Shown here: piece by piece, positions 18,702 to 27,704 of the stretch
Numbering within the stretch: position 1 is the stretch's first letter
Layout: every line of letters starts with the position of its first letter
From: a virus
Lineage: Duplodnaviria; Caudoviricetes
DNA length: 64,000 nt
Reading direction: 5' to 3' (one strand)
IMG/VR virus record: IMGVR_UViG_3300009085_000025
Span: 1 to 64,000 of that record
Notes under the pieces: model-generated
Seen by the model: only the letters and a program-made list of their open reading frames with translations
Database searches by the model: none
What the model was told of the DNA's origin: nothing
Made by a program: the position numbers and the translations under genes

Positions 18702-20699
18702 TTAATCTCCTCCATCCTCATATATATCATCATCAACTCCGTGATTATTTGGGTCATGATTTGGAAGGGGTGTTTGATTGTTGTCCCATCCATATCTCTT
18801 CCATAGTTCACGTGGCTTTGAATAAAATCTATACGACAAATCGAAATACATATCTACTTTTCCAAGTTTACCCATCAGGCGATTCTTATAAAACTGAACG
18901 CATGTGTCAAAAGAAATAGGTTCTTTTCCACGTTTGTATCCACCACCTTTTGTGTTGGGCTCACCTTTTTTATCTTTTTCTGAATATCTTCGCACGGATA
19001 AACTGTAATGACACAAGTTGAAGATATCAGCAGAACCAGACATCTCATATCCACCAACCCCATCGGCGGTTGTTCCAGACGATGGCTTTCTGGGATGAAC
19101 GACAAGAACAATCAGAACATTATATTTTGCCGCGAAAGTTTTCAGCTTGTTCATCATTTCGCGCTGTTTGCTATATGTATTCACATCATTTTCACCAAGA
19201 CCAAGAGTAGCAAGATTATCAAGAATAATAACCTTGTCACCATTGACCATCACAGTTTGTTGCGCTCGGCTCAGAACAACATCTAAATTATTGTCGTCAT
19301 CTTTTAGAATATGAATTTTTCCACGATACCAATTTACAATTTTTTCACGGGTTGTTTTTTCAATAACTCGAACAAAATTATTTCCCGTTTTCAACTTCGT
19401 GTTTTCTCTTCCCGCCATGGCGACTTCAATCCAGCCACGAAGAATTGACGGAGACATTTCTCCTGAGAAAACTGTAACTCCAAATCCTTGATTTACTGCT
19501 TCTACCACAAACCATTGATTTACAAGAGTGCTTTTACCAGAGCCCGGAGTTCCTGTAACTGTAACAACGGTTCCAAAATAAAATTTATTAATTATTTCTT
19601 TATCTACAGCATCGATGCCTGTCAAAAGACCATCCCATTTTTCTGGGTCAAAATCTTCGGCATCCTCAAGATTCATAATGCCTTCAATTGGAAGTTCTTT
19701 TTCCTGACAAGATAAATCTACTACTGCTTGTTTTCCCAATTTCAGTAAAACATCATTCACATCTTTTAGGGAAATCTTCTCGTTGTTTACTGTCAACTCT
19801 TTTGGAATTTCAACATATCGACACCGATGATTTCCCAATCTAACAATAATTTCACGTCGAGCCTTTGTTCCGGCTTCATCATTATCCATCCACAAAATAA
19901 TCTTGTCGAATAATCCAAGCCAATCGTAATTGTATTCAATCCAAGATTGAGTATTAGCACCAAAGGGAACGGACACAGCGTTTGTAATTCCTGCTTCGTG
20001 TAATGCCATCGCGTCATATTCACCTTCAGCAATATTCAGTGTTCCGGATTGGCTGACTTTATTCATACCATACAGCAACGGCTTGCTTCCAGCACCAGCA
20101 AAATCAGGTTTATTTTTATCTTCCTTTGGGGAGATTCCGATAACCTTTGAATCTTGTTTCTCTAATTTTTTAGATTGACGAGCTTTTATAAAAGTAAGAA
20201 CATCGTTGGCATCATAATAATTGAACAGGGTATTCCCATATTTATTTGATGTCACATCATAGAAAGCCAGCGTTTCCTCAGACAAGCCTCTTGTCTTTGC
20301 GTATTCAACAACCTGAGTTTTATCTTCGTCTACACGTCTAGGATATGCATATTGTTTGGCTGTCATCTCTTTCTTTGCACTACTTTGAATTGTAAAATCA
20401 ATTCCAGAAAAAGAAACAATCTTGTCAATAGCCTGTCGAGAAGTCATTCCATAATGTACGATATAGTGATTCATAATATCGTAATTTTTATTGCAACCAA
20501 AACAATGAAACGATGATGTTTTATCATTCCATATGAATGATGAACTGTTCTCATTATGAAATGGACAATTTCCCTTTAGTTTATCACCATCCCAATTTTC
20601 AATTTTCAAATCTCTAACGATGGTCTCAATAGAATCATCTCTAATTTTCTCTTTAGCCGATAATAAAACCTGCCGTAGTTCTTCATTTTTATTGGTCAT
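18702..20699 (-). CDS. DNA primase-helicase (CHC2 zinc finger + TOPRIM + SF4 DnaB-like helicase)
   Basis: CPFH...FHCFGC, AEGEYDA, MDNDEAG, Walker A GTPGSGKST, ILDNL, VVHPRK, SGSADI. Confidence 0.92.
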   Translation of the reverse strand: MTNKNEELRQVLLSAKEKIRDDSIETIVRDLKIENWDGDKLKGNCPFHNENSSSFIWNDKTSSFHCFGCNKNYDIMNHYIVHYGMTSRQAIDKIVSFSGIDFTIQSSAKKEMTAKQYAYPRRVDEDKTQVVEYAKTRGLSEETLAFYDVTSNKYGNTLFNYYDANDVLTFIKARQSKKLEKQDSKVIGISPKEDKNKPDFAGAGSKPLLYGMNKVSQSGTLNIAEGEYDAMALHEAGITNAVSVPFGANTQSWIEYNYDWLGLFDKIILWMDNDEAGTKARREIIVRLGNHRCRYVEIPKELTVNNEKISLKDVNDVLLKLGKQAVVDLSCQEKELPIEGIMNLEDAEDFDPEKWDGLLTGIDAVDKEIINKFYFGTVVTVTGTPGSGKSTLVNQWFVVEAVNQGFGVTVFSGEMSPSILRGWIEVAMAGRENTKLKTGNNFVRVIEKTTREKIVNWYRGKIHILKDDDNNLDVVLSRAQQTVMVNGDKVIILDNLATLGLGENDVNTYSKQREMMNKLKTFAAKYNVLIVLVVHPRKPSSGTTADGVGGYEMSGSADIFNLCHYSLSVRRYSEKDKKGEPNTKGGGYKRGKEPISFDTCVQFYKNRLMGKLGKVDMYFDLSYRFYSKPRELWKRYGWDNNQTPLPNHDPNNHGVDDDIYEDGGD

Positions 20700-20719
20700 A
20701 TTGCTCCCATGTTACAATT

Positions 20720-21499
20720 TTAAAAAATATGATTTTTATTTTCGTTTGACAATTCTACAAATGTAAAATCTTTTTCCATATCAAAACCGCGCACAATCCA
20801 GAAAGAATGAAAATCAGAAGAAGAAACTTTTCTCAGCAACGCATTGGGGATAGACTCAATCGTCTCATACTTCCCAACGTTAGCGTGATAGGTATCTTCT
20901 ACAAATGGAATATGACGGAAGAATTCCATCATATGACGGTATGATTTCGCCTTTATTTCAAATTCCTTATTGACCGCATAAATTCCAAGATATTCATTTG
21001 CTCTTGAAATAACATTCGGGGTAATAAAATCAATTCGTCTTTCGGGCACAATCCCCTGCAATCCCTTGTTTCTAAACATGTCCCATAGATACCCACTCAT
21101 GTCGAATGGAATAAGAAAAGCAAATGGCAGGTTGATGCTTATTGCCGTATCTATAAATTCTTTCTTCAAGGAAAACGGGGGATTTCCAACAATACAATCT
21201 ATTTTATGAGAATTTGCAACCAAAGACGATAGATGAGCATCAGCAACAAAATTTTGTTGTATGTTTTGTTTTGACCCATCGATGTCAGTTGACAAAACAG
21301 AAAACCCGAATTCTTTAAGTACCTTTGTAATGTTATGATTTCCAGCACCAACATCCCAAACTTTTTCTACGTGACTAGGAATATGAGGAAGCAGTAAGTT
21401 TGTTGCATATACGGGAGTAAGAAACAAATCTCTTTGTTGCTGTTCATTTGGGGTTTTGATTTGAGGAACCTTTGTTTTTGCTAATTTATAATCACTCAT
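20720..21499 (-). CDS. DNA N6-adenine methyltransferase (NPPF type)
   Basis: DLFLTP, VWDVGAG SAM-binding motif, IVGNPPF, RRIDF. Confidence 0.85.
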   Translation of the reverse strand: MSDYKLAKTKVPQIKTPNEQQQRDLFLTPVYATNLLLPHIPSHVEKVWDVGAGNHNITKVLKEFGFSVLSTDIDGSKQNIQQNFVADAHLSSLVANSHKIDCIVGNPPFSLKKEFIDTAISINLPFAFLIPFDMSGYLWDMFRNKGLQGIVPERRIDFITPNVISRANEYLGIYAVNKEFEIKAKSYRHMMEFFRHIPFVEDTYHANVGKYETIESIPNALLRKVSSSDFHSFWIVRGFDMEKDFTFVELSNENKNHIF

Positions 21500-21508
21500 A
21501 TTTATCCT

Positions 21509-22222
21509 TTAAAATGGAATATATTCTTTATCATTCAATGATTTCTTCAATCTTTTCTGTGCCAACTTGAATGGTTTTTTATCATATTCAATTCCGACAT
21601 AATGCCATCTTTCTTCAGCACAGACCTGCCCCATTGAACCAACTCCCATAAATGGGTCAACCACTAAGTCTCCATCTACAAGAAAAGGCTTTGTAATTCG
21701 CCTCAGTAATTCAATTGGCTTCTGCCACCTTACCAGTTTTCCAGACGAATCTTTAATTCTCTCTTTCGCGCCAGTTGTCAACGTGATATCGGTGATAACA
21801 CTTGTCGCAACTTTTGTCATTCTTCCCGATGGATTCAATCCTTTGGCGCTTGCTGTTACTTTTTTTACTTGCGCCCTATCTGGATTGAATCGAAAATCTT
21901 TTCCTTTTGAGAATATGATGATATCATCGTGAACTTGTGCAAACTGCTTCTTCCCATGGTTGCCCCATTCATTTTTCCATATCAACCAATTTACAAAATT
22001 TGCTTCGGGTAAACCATCAACAAATTTTTTATATTCAGCAGACGAATGATAATCGGTGATTGCAATCATAACACCGTTGGGTCTCAACATATTCCAATAT
22101 CTTTCAGCCCAACTAAAATCTTTATTTTCATAAATATAATCGGCTAAAACTAAATCGCACCATGGAATTTCAAGCTCCATGATGTCAAATTCCATGTTGT
22201 CTTGATGAAATAATTTTATCAT
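21509..22222 (-). CDS. Beta-class DNA amino-methyltransferase (N6A/N4C) with atypical catalytic motif
   Basis: LFHQDNM, DLVLADYIY, WQKPIELL, VVDPFMGVGS, YVGIE. Confidence 0.8.
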   Translation of the reverse strand: MIKLFHQDNMEFDIMELEIPWCDLVLADYIYENKDFSWAERYWNMLRPNGVMIAITDYHSSAEYKKFVDGLPEANFVNWLIWKNEWGNHGKKQFAQVHDDIIIFSKGKDFRFNPDRAQVKKVTASAKGLNPSGRMTKVATSVITDITLTTGAKERIKDSSGKLVRWQKPIELLRRITKPFLVDGDLVVDPFMGVGSMGQVCAEERWHYVGIEYDKKPFKLAQKRLKKSLNDKEYIPF

Positions 22223-22434
22223 AATTTTTACTCAAAACGAGAAAGAGATTGATGTGTTTCAAATTCTTCCCAAAATAAGTCCATCTCTTTCAAGGTGTCA
22301 AATCCAGCCCCTACCAGTAGTGACAAATATTGTTTTCCATTCCATGCAATTTCGTCACCCTTATATTCGTACCAAATCAAATTATTCTTAATCATCGTAA
22401 TCATATATTTTATAATTCCTTTTCTGTGAGCTTA

Positions 22435-22692
22435 TTATCCCATATCTCCATCTAAATTACTTGGATGTATCAAGGAACCTTCCATAACATCAAACGATTG
22501 CCAAACCAACATAGCATGTGCTACATCTAATTTCATTGAATCAACCACTTGACATAGGAATTCGGTACTTGTTTTAGTTTTACAATAAATCTTATATAGC
22601 ACAATCATCTCATCCGCTGTCAATGGATGACCAGTTTGTAAAAAATTCAGATGTATATTACTCATTTGCATTCCCTTTCTAATAAAAATCAT
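22435..22692 (-). CDS. Hypothetical protein
   Basis: 85 aa, tiles operon. Confidence 0.5.
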   Translation of the reverse strand: MIFIRKGMQMSNIHLNFLQTGHPLTADEMIVLYKIYCKTKTSTEFLCQVVDSMKLDVAHAMLVWQSFDVMEGSLIHPSNLDGDMG

Positions 22693-23077
22693 TTACTGAA
22701 ATAACAACTATTTTTTCTCTGGTTTCCAATCCACGTCTTGGATTAAAAGTTGGTTGATGAAAATGTTGTCTATACTTACTTGGAATTCTACCGTATCCTT
22801 TATGTATCGTTTTTGATTTGCTCATAACAACCAGACATTCCTCGTTGCCAAAACCACACGCAATCGCCTCGTTGTATATTTTTTCTGGCTCGGTCATTCT
22901 GTATGTTATAATTTTTTTCGCCAATTTTTTGGCGTTTTTACCATAGCAACAAGATGAAACTTTTATAATAACATCTCCGTTTTTGTCTGTCAGAGAAAGA
23001 ATACCCTGAGTCAAAATATCTGTTTCAATTGGTAGCTCATGAAGCTTGCCCTTCTTTGTTTCTTTTTTTATTTTCAT
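22679..23077 (-). CDS. Hypothetical protein
   Basis: 132 aa, tiles operon. Confidence 0.55.
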   Translation of the reverse strand: MKIKKETKKGKLHELPIETDILTQGILSLTDKNGDVIIKVSSCCYGKNAKKLAKKIITYRMTEPEKIYNEAIACGFGNEECLVVMSKSKTIHKGYGRIPSKYRQHFHQPTFNPRRGLETREKIVVISVNDFY

Positions 23078-23202
23078 TTTTACGTGTTCCTTTGCTGTCT
23101 TTTATTTTACGCTGGTCAATTACACTAATGTCGGGTTATAGGTCTTTATAATATAAATCTACAAAGTATGTAATTGACCGGAGAAAAACAAAGTCCTAAA
23201 GG

Positions 23203-23238
23203 ATTACCCGTATTCTACCTAGGTAGAATACGGGTAAT
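23203..23238. repeat. Perfect 36-bp palindrome (terminator-like hairpin) downstream of ssb
   Basis: ATTACCCGTATTCTACCT|AGGTAGAATACGGGTAAT followed by a T run on the + strand. Confidence 0.85.
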
Positions 23239-23248
23239 TTTTTTTATA

Positions 23249-23740
23249 TTATTCCTCGCCAAAGATATCGTCTTCTTCGCTTGTCAAATCATCGTCATCA
23301 ATGAACGGGTTTTCATCACGAGAAGATTCAGATTCCTCAACTTGGGGGGCTTCATCCATGGTGCTCTTTCCATCTTTCTTCTCAGGGGTATAAAAGTCCC
23401 AGTCCCAAATAGTAAAGAATGGTTGCTTGGAATACACCGTTTCACCTTCTCGGTTTTCATATTTTTCTTGCTGAAAAGAGAAGGACTTGATTACAATCAT
23501 TACGCCCATCTTGTTTGAACTGTCGTTGAACGTGGGCGCGTTTTCCAAACGTTCCTGTAGCTTATCCAAACCTTCCATTGCGGTTCCGCGCAAATTCCAG
23601 AAACTAAAGTAAGACTTGACAGCCTTTCCACTTTTCTTGTCTTTGCGAGACGTTGTAAAGCGAATTTGTGCATACTCACCCTTGTCTTCAACCTTGGTGA
23701 CAATACCCAAAACTTTTTGACCTTTGATAAAAAATGACAT
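23249..23740 (-). CDS. ssb: Single-stranded DNA-binding protein (phage OB-fold type)
   Basis: Beta-rich core plus acidic tail (DDDDLTSEEDDIFGEE); adjacent to Sak4-like annealase. Confidence 0.7.
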   Translation of the reverse strand: MSFFIKGQKVLGIVTKVEDKGEYAQIRFTTSRKDKKSGKAVKSYFSFWNLRGTAMEGLDKLQERLENAPTFNDSSNKMGVMIVIKSFSFQQEKYENREGETVYSKQPFFTIWDWDFYTPEKKDGKSTMDEAPQVEESESSRDENPFIDDDDLTSEEDDIFGEE

Positions 23741-23775
23741 GTTTTATATTCTCCTGTATATAATAGATAGATTAT

Positions 23776-24753
23776 TTAAGCTTGTTCTTTATTTGTTTCT
23801 GGTTTTACTTCTAGAGTAGAGACATTCTTCAAATCTTCAAGTAAAGATTTCAAAACGTTTTCATCTGCAATCTTGCGAGGGTCGCCGGACGGTTCGTATT
23901 TTTTAATTACCGCTTTCGCCTCGGCTTTATTTTGCATAAGTTTTTGCTTTGCTAACTCGACCACTTGCTCCTTGATTGTTAGCTCGACTTTCTTCTCATC
24001 TGAACTATCTTCAACCTTGAAGTCTGTTTTTCTTTTTGGGGCATCTTCCCCAGAATTAGCCCAACGAATTAGGTCTACACCATCTTGTTCTGATATAACA
24101 AAAGCGCCACGTTTTTCAAACAAGTGAGTGTTATCTTTTTGAACTTCTGCCGAATTTGTCTTCTGGTCTATCATGAATGTAGCCATAAATTCAAATTCGT
24201 AATCCTTGCGCTGGTCTGCACCAACACCCAATTTTCTGATGGTAGTTTTTCCAGTTTCGCTTTTTTCAACTTCGTACTTGTCTTCTCCACGAACCGTTGA
24301 AATGATGTGAAGGGGACTTTCTGCCAGAGCAGTAGTAAAAAGCTCGTGGCGAGGAGTTACCTTTGAAAAAGCCTTAAAGTCACCGCCATTGGCTTGATGA
24401 ATTTTCAAAGCCTTTTTCCACTCGTGGGTTGCGGAGTCGATAATCAAAATCTTGTAACCCTGCTGAATTGCAAACCTAATGAAATCAGCATAAACTTCTG
24501 GGTCTGAATCCGATGGAATGTCAACAATCTTATACTTGAATTCATTTGCATAAATTCTTCCTCGGCTTCCTTCAGTATTGCCCATGAGAATTTTTGTTTC
24601 TACGCCCATTCTGGAAAGTTCTTCTTGCATTCCGGTTGCCATACGCAATGCAGAATATGTCTTACCTCCACCAGAAGGACTCATGAGAGCTACTTTCACC
24701 CAAACATTTTCGCGTTTCGCATCTTCAACTACGAATTTCATGCTACTTGCCAT
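23776..24753 (-). CDS. Sak4-like AAA-family single-strand annealing ATPase
   Basis: KVALMSPSGGGKTYSAL, ILIIDSATHEW, HIISTVRG, QRKDYEFEF, KDNTHLF. Confidence 0.85.
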   Translation of the reverse strand: MASSMKFVVEDAKRENVWVKVALMSPSGGGKTYSALRMATGMQEELSRMGVETKILMGNTEGSRGRIYANEFKYKIVDIPSDSDPEVYADFIRFAIQQGYKILIIDSATHEWKKALKIHQANGGDFKAFSKVTPRHELFTTALAESPLHIISTVRGEDKYEVEKSETGKTTIRKLGVGADQRKDYEFEFMATFMIDQKTNSAEVQKDNTHLFEKRGAFVISEQDGVDLIRWANSGEDAPKRKTDFKVEDSSDEKKVELTIKEQVVELAKQKLMQNKAEAKAVIKKYEPSGDPRKIADENVLKSLLEDLKNVSTLEVKPETNKEQA

Positions 24754-24773
24754 TTTATTTTTCTCCTTGAATT

Positions 24774-25268
24774 TTAATTACAAATAATAACTTTCATGAC
24801 ATCTTCAATTGCAGTATTTATTTCTTCTTCTGAATTCATCTTTCCTAATCCAAGAGTCAAACAATCGTTTTCAAAATTATCTTTCACCAATTTCCCCATA
24901 TTGACATTGAGAACAAAAAATTGAAACTCATCTTGAAGCCTGTCTGACAAATCTTTTCCAACTTCAACCATAAGAACATCTGCGATTTTACCGTTTTCTT
25001 CCGCTTTGTTGCTTTCCATTGTCTTACGCATAAATTTTACGATGTGCCTATATTCAAAATCTTGAAACTCGTTTGCCATCTCCATTAGGCGCTCAATGAA
25101 GGTGACTGATTCAACCTCTTCAGAAAAATTCCACTCCAATGCACTCGCCGTATTTCTCAGATGCCTCAGTGGTGATACGTTCCAAATCCAATAGTTTTGT
25201 TTCATCTTTTCTTGAAGGAGGTTTCTTGCTTCAGTGTCTCCAGTCAAAATTATAAAAGCTTTTTTCAT
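24774..25268 (-). CDS. Probable degenerate nucleotide-kinase-fold protein
   Basis: NVS..HLR..A..L.W pattern like phage dNMP kinases but Walker A lost; start set at MKKAFII. Confidence 0.45.
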   Translation of the reverse strand: MKKAFIILTGDTEARNLLQEKMKQNYWIWNVSPLRHLRNTASALEWNFSEEVESVTFIERLMEMANEFQDFEYRHIVKFMRKTMESNKAEENGKIADVLMVEVGKDLSDRLQDEFQFFVLNVNMGKLVKDNFENDCLTLGLGKMNSEEEINTAIEDVMKVIICN

Positions 25269-25828
25269 TGTTCCTCCTTTACTATAAATTCCTTGTGATT
25301 TAATTGTTTCAAAACTTCTTCTGTAAAAACTCTCCACTGTCTAAGGCGGTGGGTTTTTCTTTGCCAGTAAATATTTTTTATTGTTTTATAAGACAGCATC
25401 CAAATTCTACGCTGAAGAAAACCTTCTGGCAAATTGTTTTTGATATCTTCAAACAAGCCATTCTTTACTTCTACTGATTTTTCTGATTGATAAAATTTTA
25501 TAAGCTCATTTATTTTATTCAGTGTTTCTTCAAAAACAGGTAGTTCAAAATCATCTTGAGTCAACAATCTTTTTGTGATTGTATGCATCGTGCTTTCACT
25601 CTGCTTCGTTGTTCCCACCCTATACGTGTCAGCTTCCGACCACCAATATCTCGGAGCATCGACACTCCAGTATGTAATGATGCTTTCTAGGAATTTATCT
25701 TCGCCTGATAATCCGTGGGCATATTTTTTGAAAATTTGTTTTGCTCTTTTTGGATTTGAATTGTAGCTAAGTGAAAATCCAAGAGAACTTTCTTCCAAAC
25801 CATATTCTGACAATTTTTCTATTTTCAT
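25265..25828 (-). CDS. ThyX-like (flavin-dependent thymidylate synthase-like) protein, divergent
   Basis: APRYWWSEADTYRVGTTKQSESTMH and LPEGFLQRR resemble phage ThyX-like proteins; canonical RHRxxS motif altered. Confidence 0.55.
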   Translation of the reverse strand: MKIEKLSEYGLEESSLGFSLSYNSNPKRAKQIFKKYAHGLSGEDKFLESIITYWSVDAPRYWWSEADTYRVGTTKQSESTMHTITKRLLTQDDFELPVFEETLNKINELIKFYQSEKSVEVKNGLFEDIKNNLPEGFLQRRIWMLSYKTIKNIYWQRKTHRLRQWRVFTEEVLKQLNHKEFIVKEEQ

Positions 25829-25869
25829 TTTATATCAACGATGTTTCCTCCGTTTCAGATTTATTATAG

Positions 25870-25940
25870 CACCGATTAATTGAATCGAACAATTACCTCA
25901 CCCTCCAAAGGGGCGCGTACTGCCGTTGTACGAAATCGGT
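25870..25940 (-). tRNA. tRNA-Gln (TTG)
   Basis: Acceptor ACCGATT/AATCGGT, D-arm GTAC/GTAC, anticodon arm CGCCC-CTTTGGA-GGGTG, T-arm AATTG-TTCGATT-CAATT, G73; no CCA. Confidence 0.85.
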
Positions 25941-25947
25941 ATTTCAT

Positions 25948-26040
25948 TTAGGAGCCAATTTGAAACAAAAAGTAAATCAACCAACAAAAAGAAAAAACCA
26001 CAACTCCAAATTGAATATTCATTTTTAAAAACTGTCGCAT
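25948..26040 (-). CDS. Small hydrophobic peptide (30 aa) between tRNAs
   Basis: MRQFLKMNIQFGVVVFSFCWLIYFLFQIGS with AGAAAGG upstream; below ORF-track cutoff. Confidence 0.35.
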   Translation of the reverse strand: MRQFLKMNIQFGVVVFSFCWLIYFLFQIGS

Positions 26041-26073
26041 GTTATAATAAAACCCTTTCTATTTTTTATTCAG

Positions 26074-26155
26074 TGGGCAATGCTAGATTCGAACTAGCAC
26101 ATCCAAGGAAAGTGATTTACAGTCACCCGCGCCTAGCCATATGCGCCTATTGCCC
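26074..26155 (-). tRNA. tRNA-Tyr (GTA)
   Basis: Acceptor GGGCAAT/ATTGCCC, anticodon loop CTGTAAA, extended variable arm, T-arm GCTAG-TTCGAAT-CTAGC; no CCA. Confidence 0.9.
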
Positions 26156-26310
26156 AAGTGAAGGTTACTCTCAACCTACAAGCCTCACAAAGACCCTACC
26201 AGTGGAAGTTATAAGGAAGTGTATTCTCATACGCTTCACTCATAACCATGTGACATCCGGTATTCACTCCGCTTCTCATCGGGCGTGAGATGCCCAACGG
26301 AGATGTCTTG
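26156..26310 (-). ncRNA. Candidate structured ncRNA A between tRNA-Arg and tRNA-Tyr
   Basis: Several helices with G-U pairs on the - strand and a GAGA tetraloop; fills the spacer exactly; no RBS-led ORF. Confidence 0.5.
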
Positions 26311-26383
26311 TACGCTACCTGAGACTCGAACTCAGACTCTACGGATTAGAAGTCCGTTGCTTTGTCCATTAAGCTAGTAACGC
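26311..26383 (-). tRNA. tRNA-Arg (TCT)
   Basis: Acceptor GCGTTAC/GTAGCGT, anticodon arm ACGGA-CTTCTAA-TCCGT, T-arm CTGAG-TTCGAGT-CTCAG; no CCA. Confidence 0.9.
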
Positions 26384-26406
26384 ATGTCAACCTCAAGTTA
26401 TAACTA

Positions 26407-26436
26407 ATTATACCATACCTGACCATCCGCTGTCAA
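26407..26436 (-). promoter_or_regulatory. Sigma70-type promoter for tRNA-Arg/ncRNA/tRNA-Tyr
   Basis: TTGACA-18 nt-TATAAT with extended -10 TG. Confidence 0.85.
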
Positions 26437-26447
26437 GTAGCAATATT

Positions 26448-26816
26448 TTATGACTTTTGGTATACAACATGAGCTTCATGTAAGAATCTTTGGAAATGAA
26501 CAGGAAGAGATTCCCAGTTTTCTCTTTCAGATGCCCAAGCCAACAAGCTACCGAAAATTTCTGACTTAGCAATAATTCTGGCACATGCTTGTCTTGTATT
26601 CAACTGCGATATAGTCATCAACCTTCGAATATCTCCCCTAGCACGATAATATTCTTTTGTATCAGTATATTCTTGTTCAGCCCAACTCAAAAGAGAATAT
26701 AAATACTTCAAATCAAATTCCGGCATTTCTCTGTTGAAACGAGCATGTTTCATCATAAAAAGTGGAATATCCAAATATTTTTTCTTTGGTAAAGGCATGG
26801 GATTTATGTAATCCAT
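26448..26816 (-). CDS. Hypothetical protein
   Basis: 122 aa, AGGAG RBS. Confidence 0.65.
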   Translation of the reverse strand: MDYINPMPLPKKKYLDIPLFMMKHARFNREMPEFDLKYLYSLLSWAEQEYTDTKEYYRARGDIRRLMTISQLNTRQACARIIAKSEIFGSLLAWASERENWESLPVHFQRFLHEAHVVYQKS

Positions 26817-26817
26817 A

Positions 26818-27042
26818 TTATTGTCTCCTGATATTTTTACTGAGTTTCAAAAAAAATGTTTCCCAAAATATAATTATAATATACCAATACAAATATCTTA
26901 ATATGTTCACGCGTTCATATCCTAAACAATATGAACAACTGCTATGTTCCACTCCTCCTAGCCCTCGATAAAGAATGGCTTCGAAATGGTATCCTTCACC
27001 GTGGCATTCCGGACATCTAAAGCCTGTCATATGAGGTGGCAT
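26818..27042 (-). CDS. Small zinc-finger (CxxCxGxG-type) membrane-associated protein
   Basis: CPECHGEG...CSYCLG then hydrophobic stretch. Confidence 0.5.
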   Translation of the reverse strand: MPPHMTGFRCPECHGEGYHFEAILYRGLGGVEHSSCSYCLGYERVNILRYLYWYIIIIFWETFFLKLSKNIRRQ

Positions 27043-27186
27043 ATGTCAGTAATCCAGACATAAAAATAGATACAAATGCTAAAGTTGTATCTGTGATTGC
27101 GACATTGATGGCGGTAGATGCGATAGGTGTAACAAAGCTCATTGTAATATAAAAAACCACAGACAACAAAACAAATTTTAGAATAG

Positions 27187-27687
27187 TCATTGTATTACAT
27201 CCTTTTTATTTTCTATTGAGAATATTTTTTCAGCTTTACTGGCAAAAACATAATAGCTAAACAGATAATTCAATCTATTACTCCCCTTGTCTCCACCGTT
27301 CACGATTCTGTGATACAGTTTGTTTTCAATCATCTTCAACAACACGGATTTTTTAATAAAAATATATCTTACTCCGTGTCGAGTGTGTGCCTTGACAGCA
27401 TATAAATCAGCTTCGCTAGTTGATATACCGGATGGGTTCCCCCTGTAGCTAAATTCTATTCCGATATTTCCAGTTTTCAAACATCTGAAGTCTTCTTTAC
27501 ATTCAATCTTCAGAGTTTTTTTATTTCCGCATTTTACGAGGATGTCATACTTCTTTGTTCTTTCAAAGTGAGTGGTTTTCCATCCAAATTGCTCGTAAAC
27601 AAATTTCGCAATCTCTTTTTCTGTGACGATTGCTACTTTTAAGTCCCTGCGAAATTCACGATAGTTATTATCTTTTACTTCATCCAT
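27187..27687 (-). CDS. PD-(D/E)XK restriction-endonuclease-like protein
   Basis: YDILV...IECKED...TGNIGIEF...PSGISTSEAD motif of phage REase-fold proteins. Confidence 0.7.
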   Translation of the reverse strand: MDEVKDNNYREFRRDLKVAIVTEKEIAKFVYEQFGWKTTHFERTKKYDILVKCGNKKTLKIECKEDFRCLKTGNIGIEFSYRGNPSGISTSEADLYAVKAHTRHGVRYIFIKKSVLLKMIENKLYHRIVNGGDKGSNRLNYLFSYYVFASKAEKIFSIENKKDVIQ

Positions 27688-27704
27688 ATTATTATCTCCG
27701 ATAA

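Noticed and set aside
12808-20699. Inteins or introns in DnaE or primase-helicase
   Set aside because: Both have normal lengths and continuous motifs; no intein splice-junction or LAGLIDADG signatures seen
26156-26215. Degenerate tRNA-Thr(TGT) in the 3' half of ncRNA A
   Set aside because: A weak anticodon-like arm exists, but there is no TTCGA T-loop and no proper D-arm or acceptor geometry
26250-26310. Hammerhead ribozyme in ncRNA A (CCGAUGAG...GUGAAUAC)
   Set aside because: Only a partial resemblance; the required CUGAUGA and GAAA cores are not present
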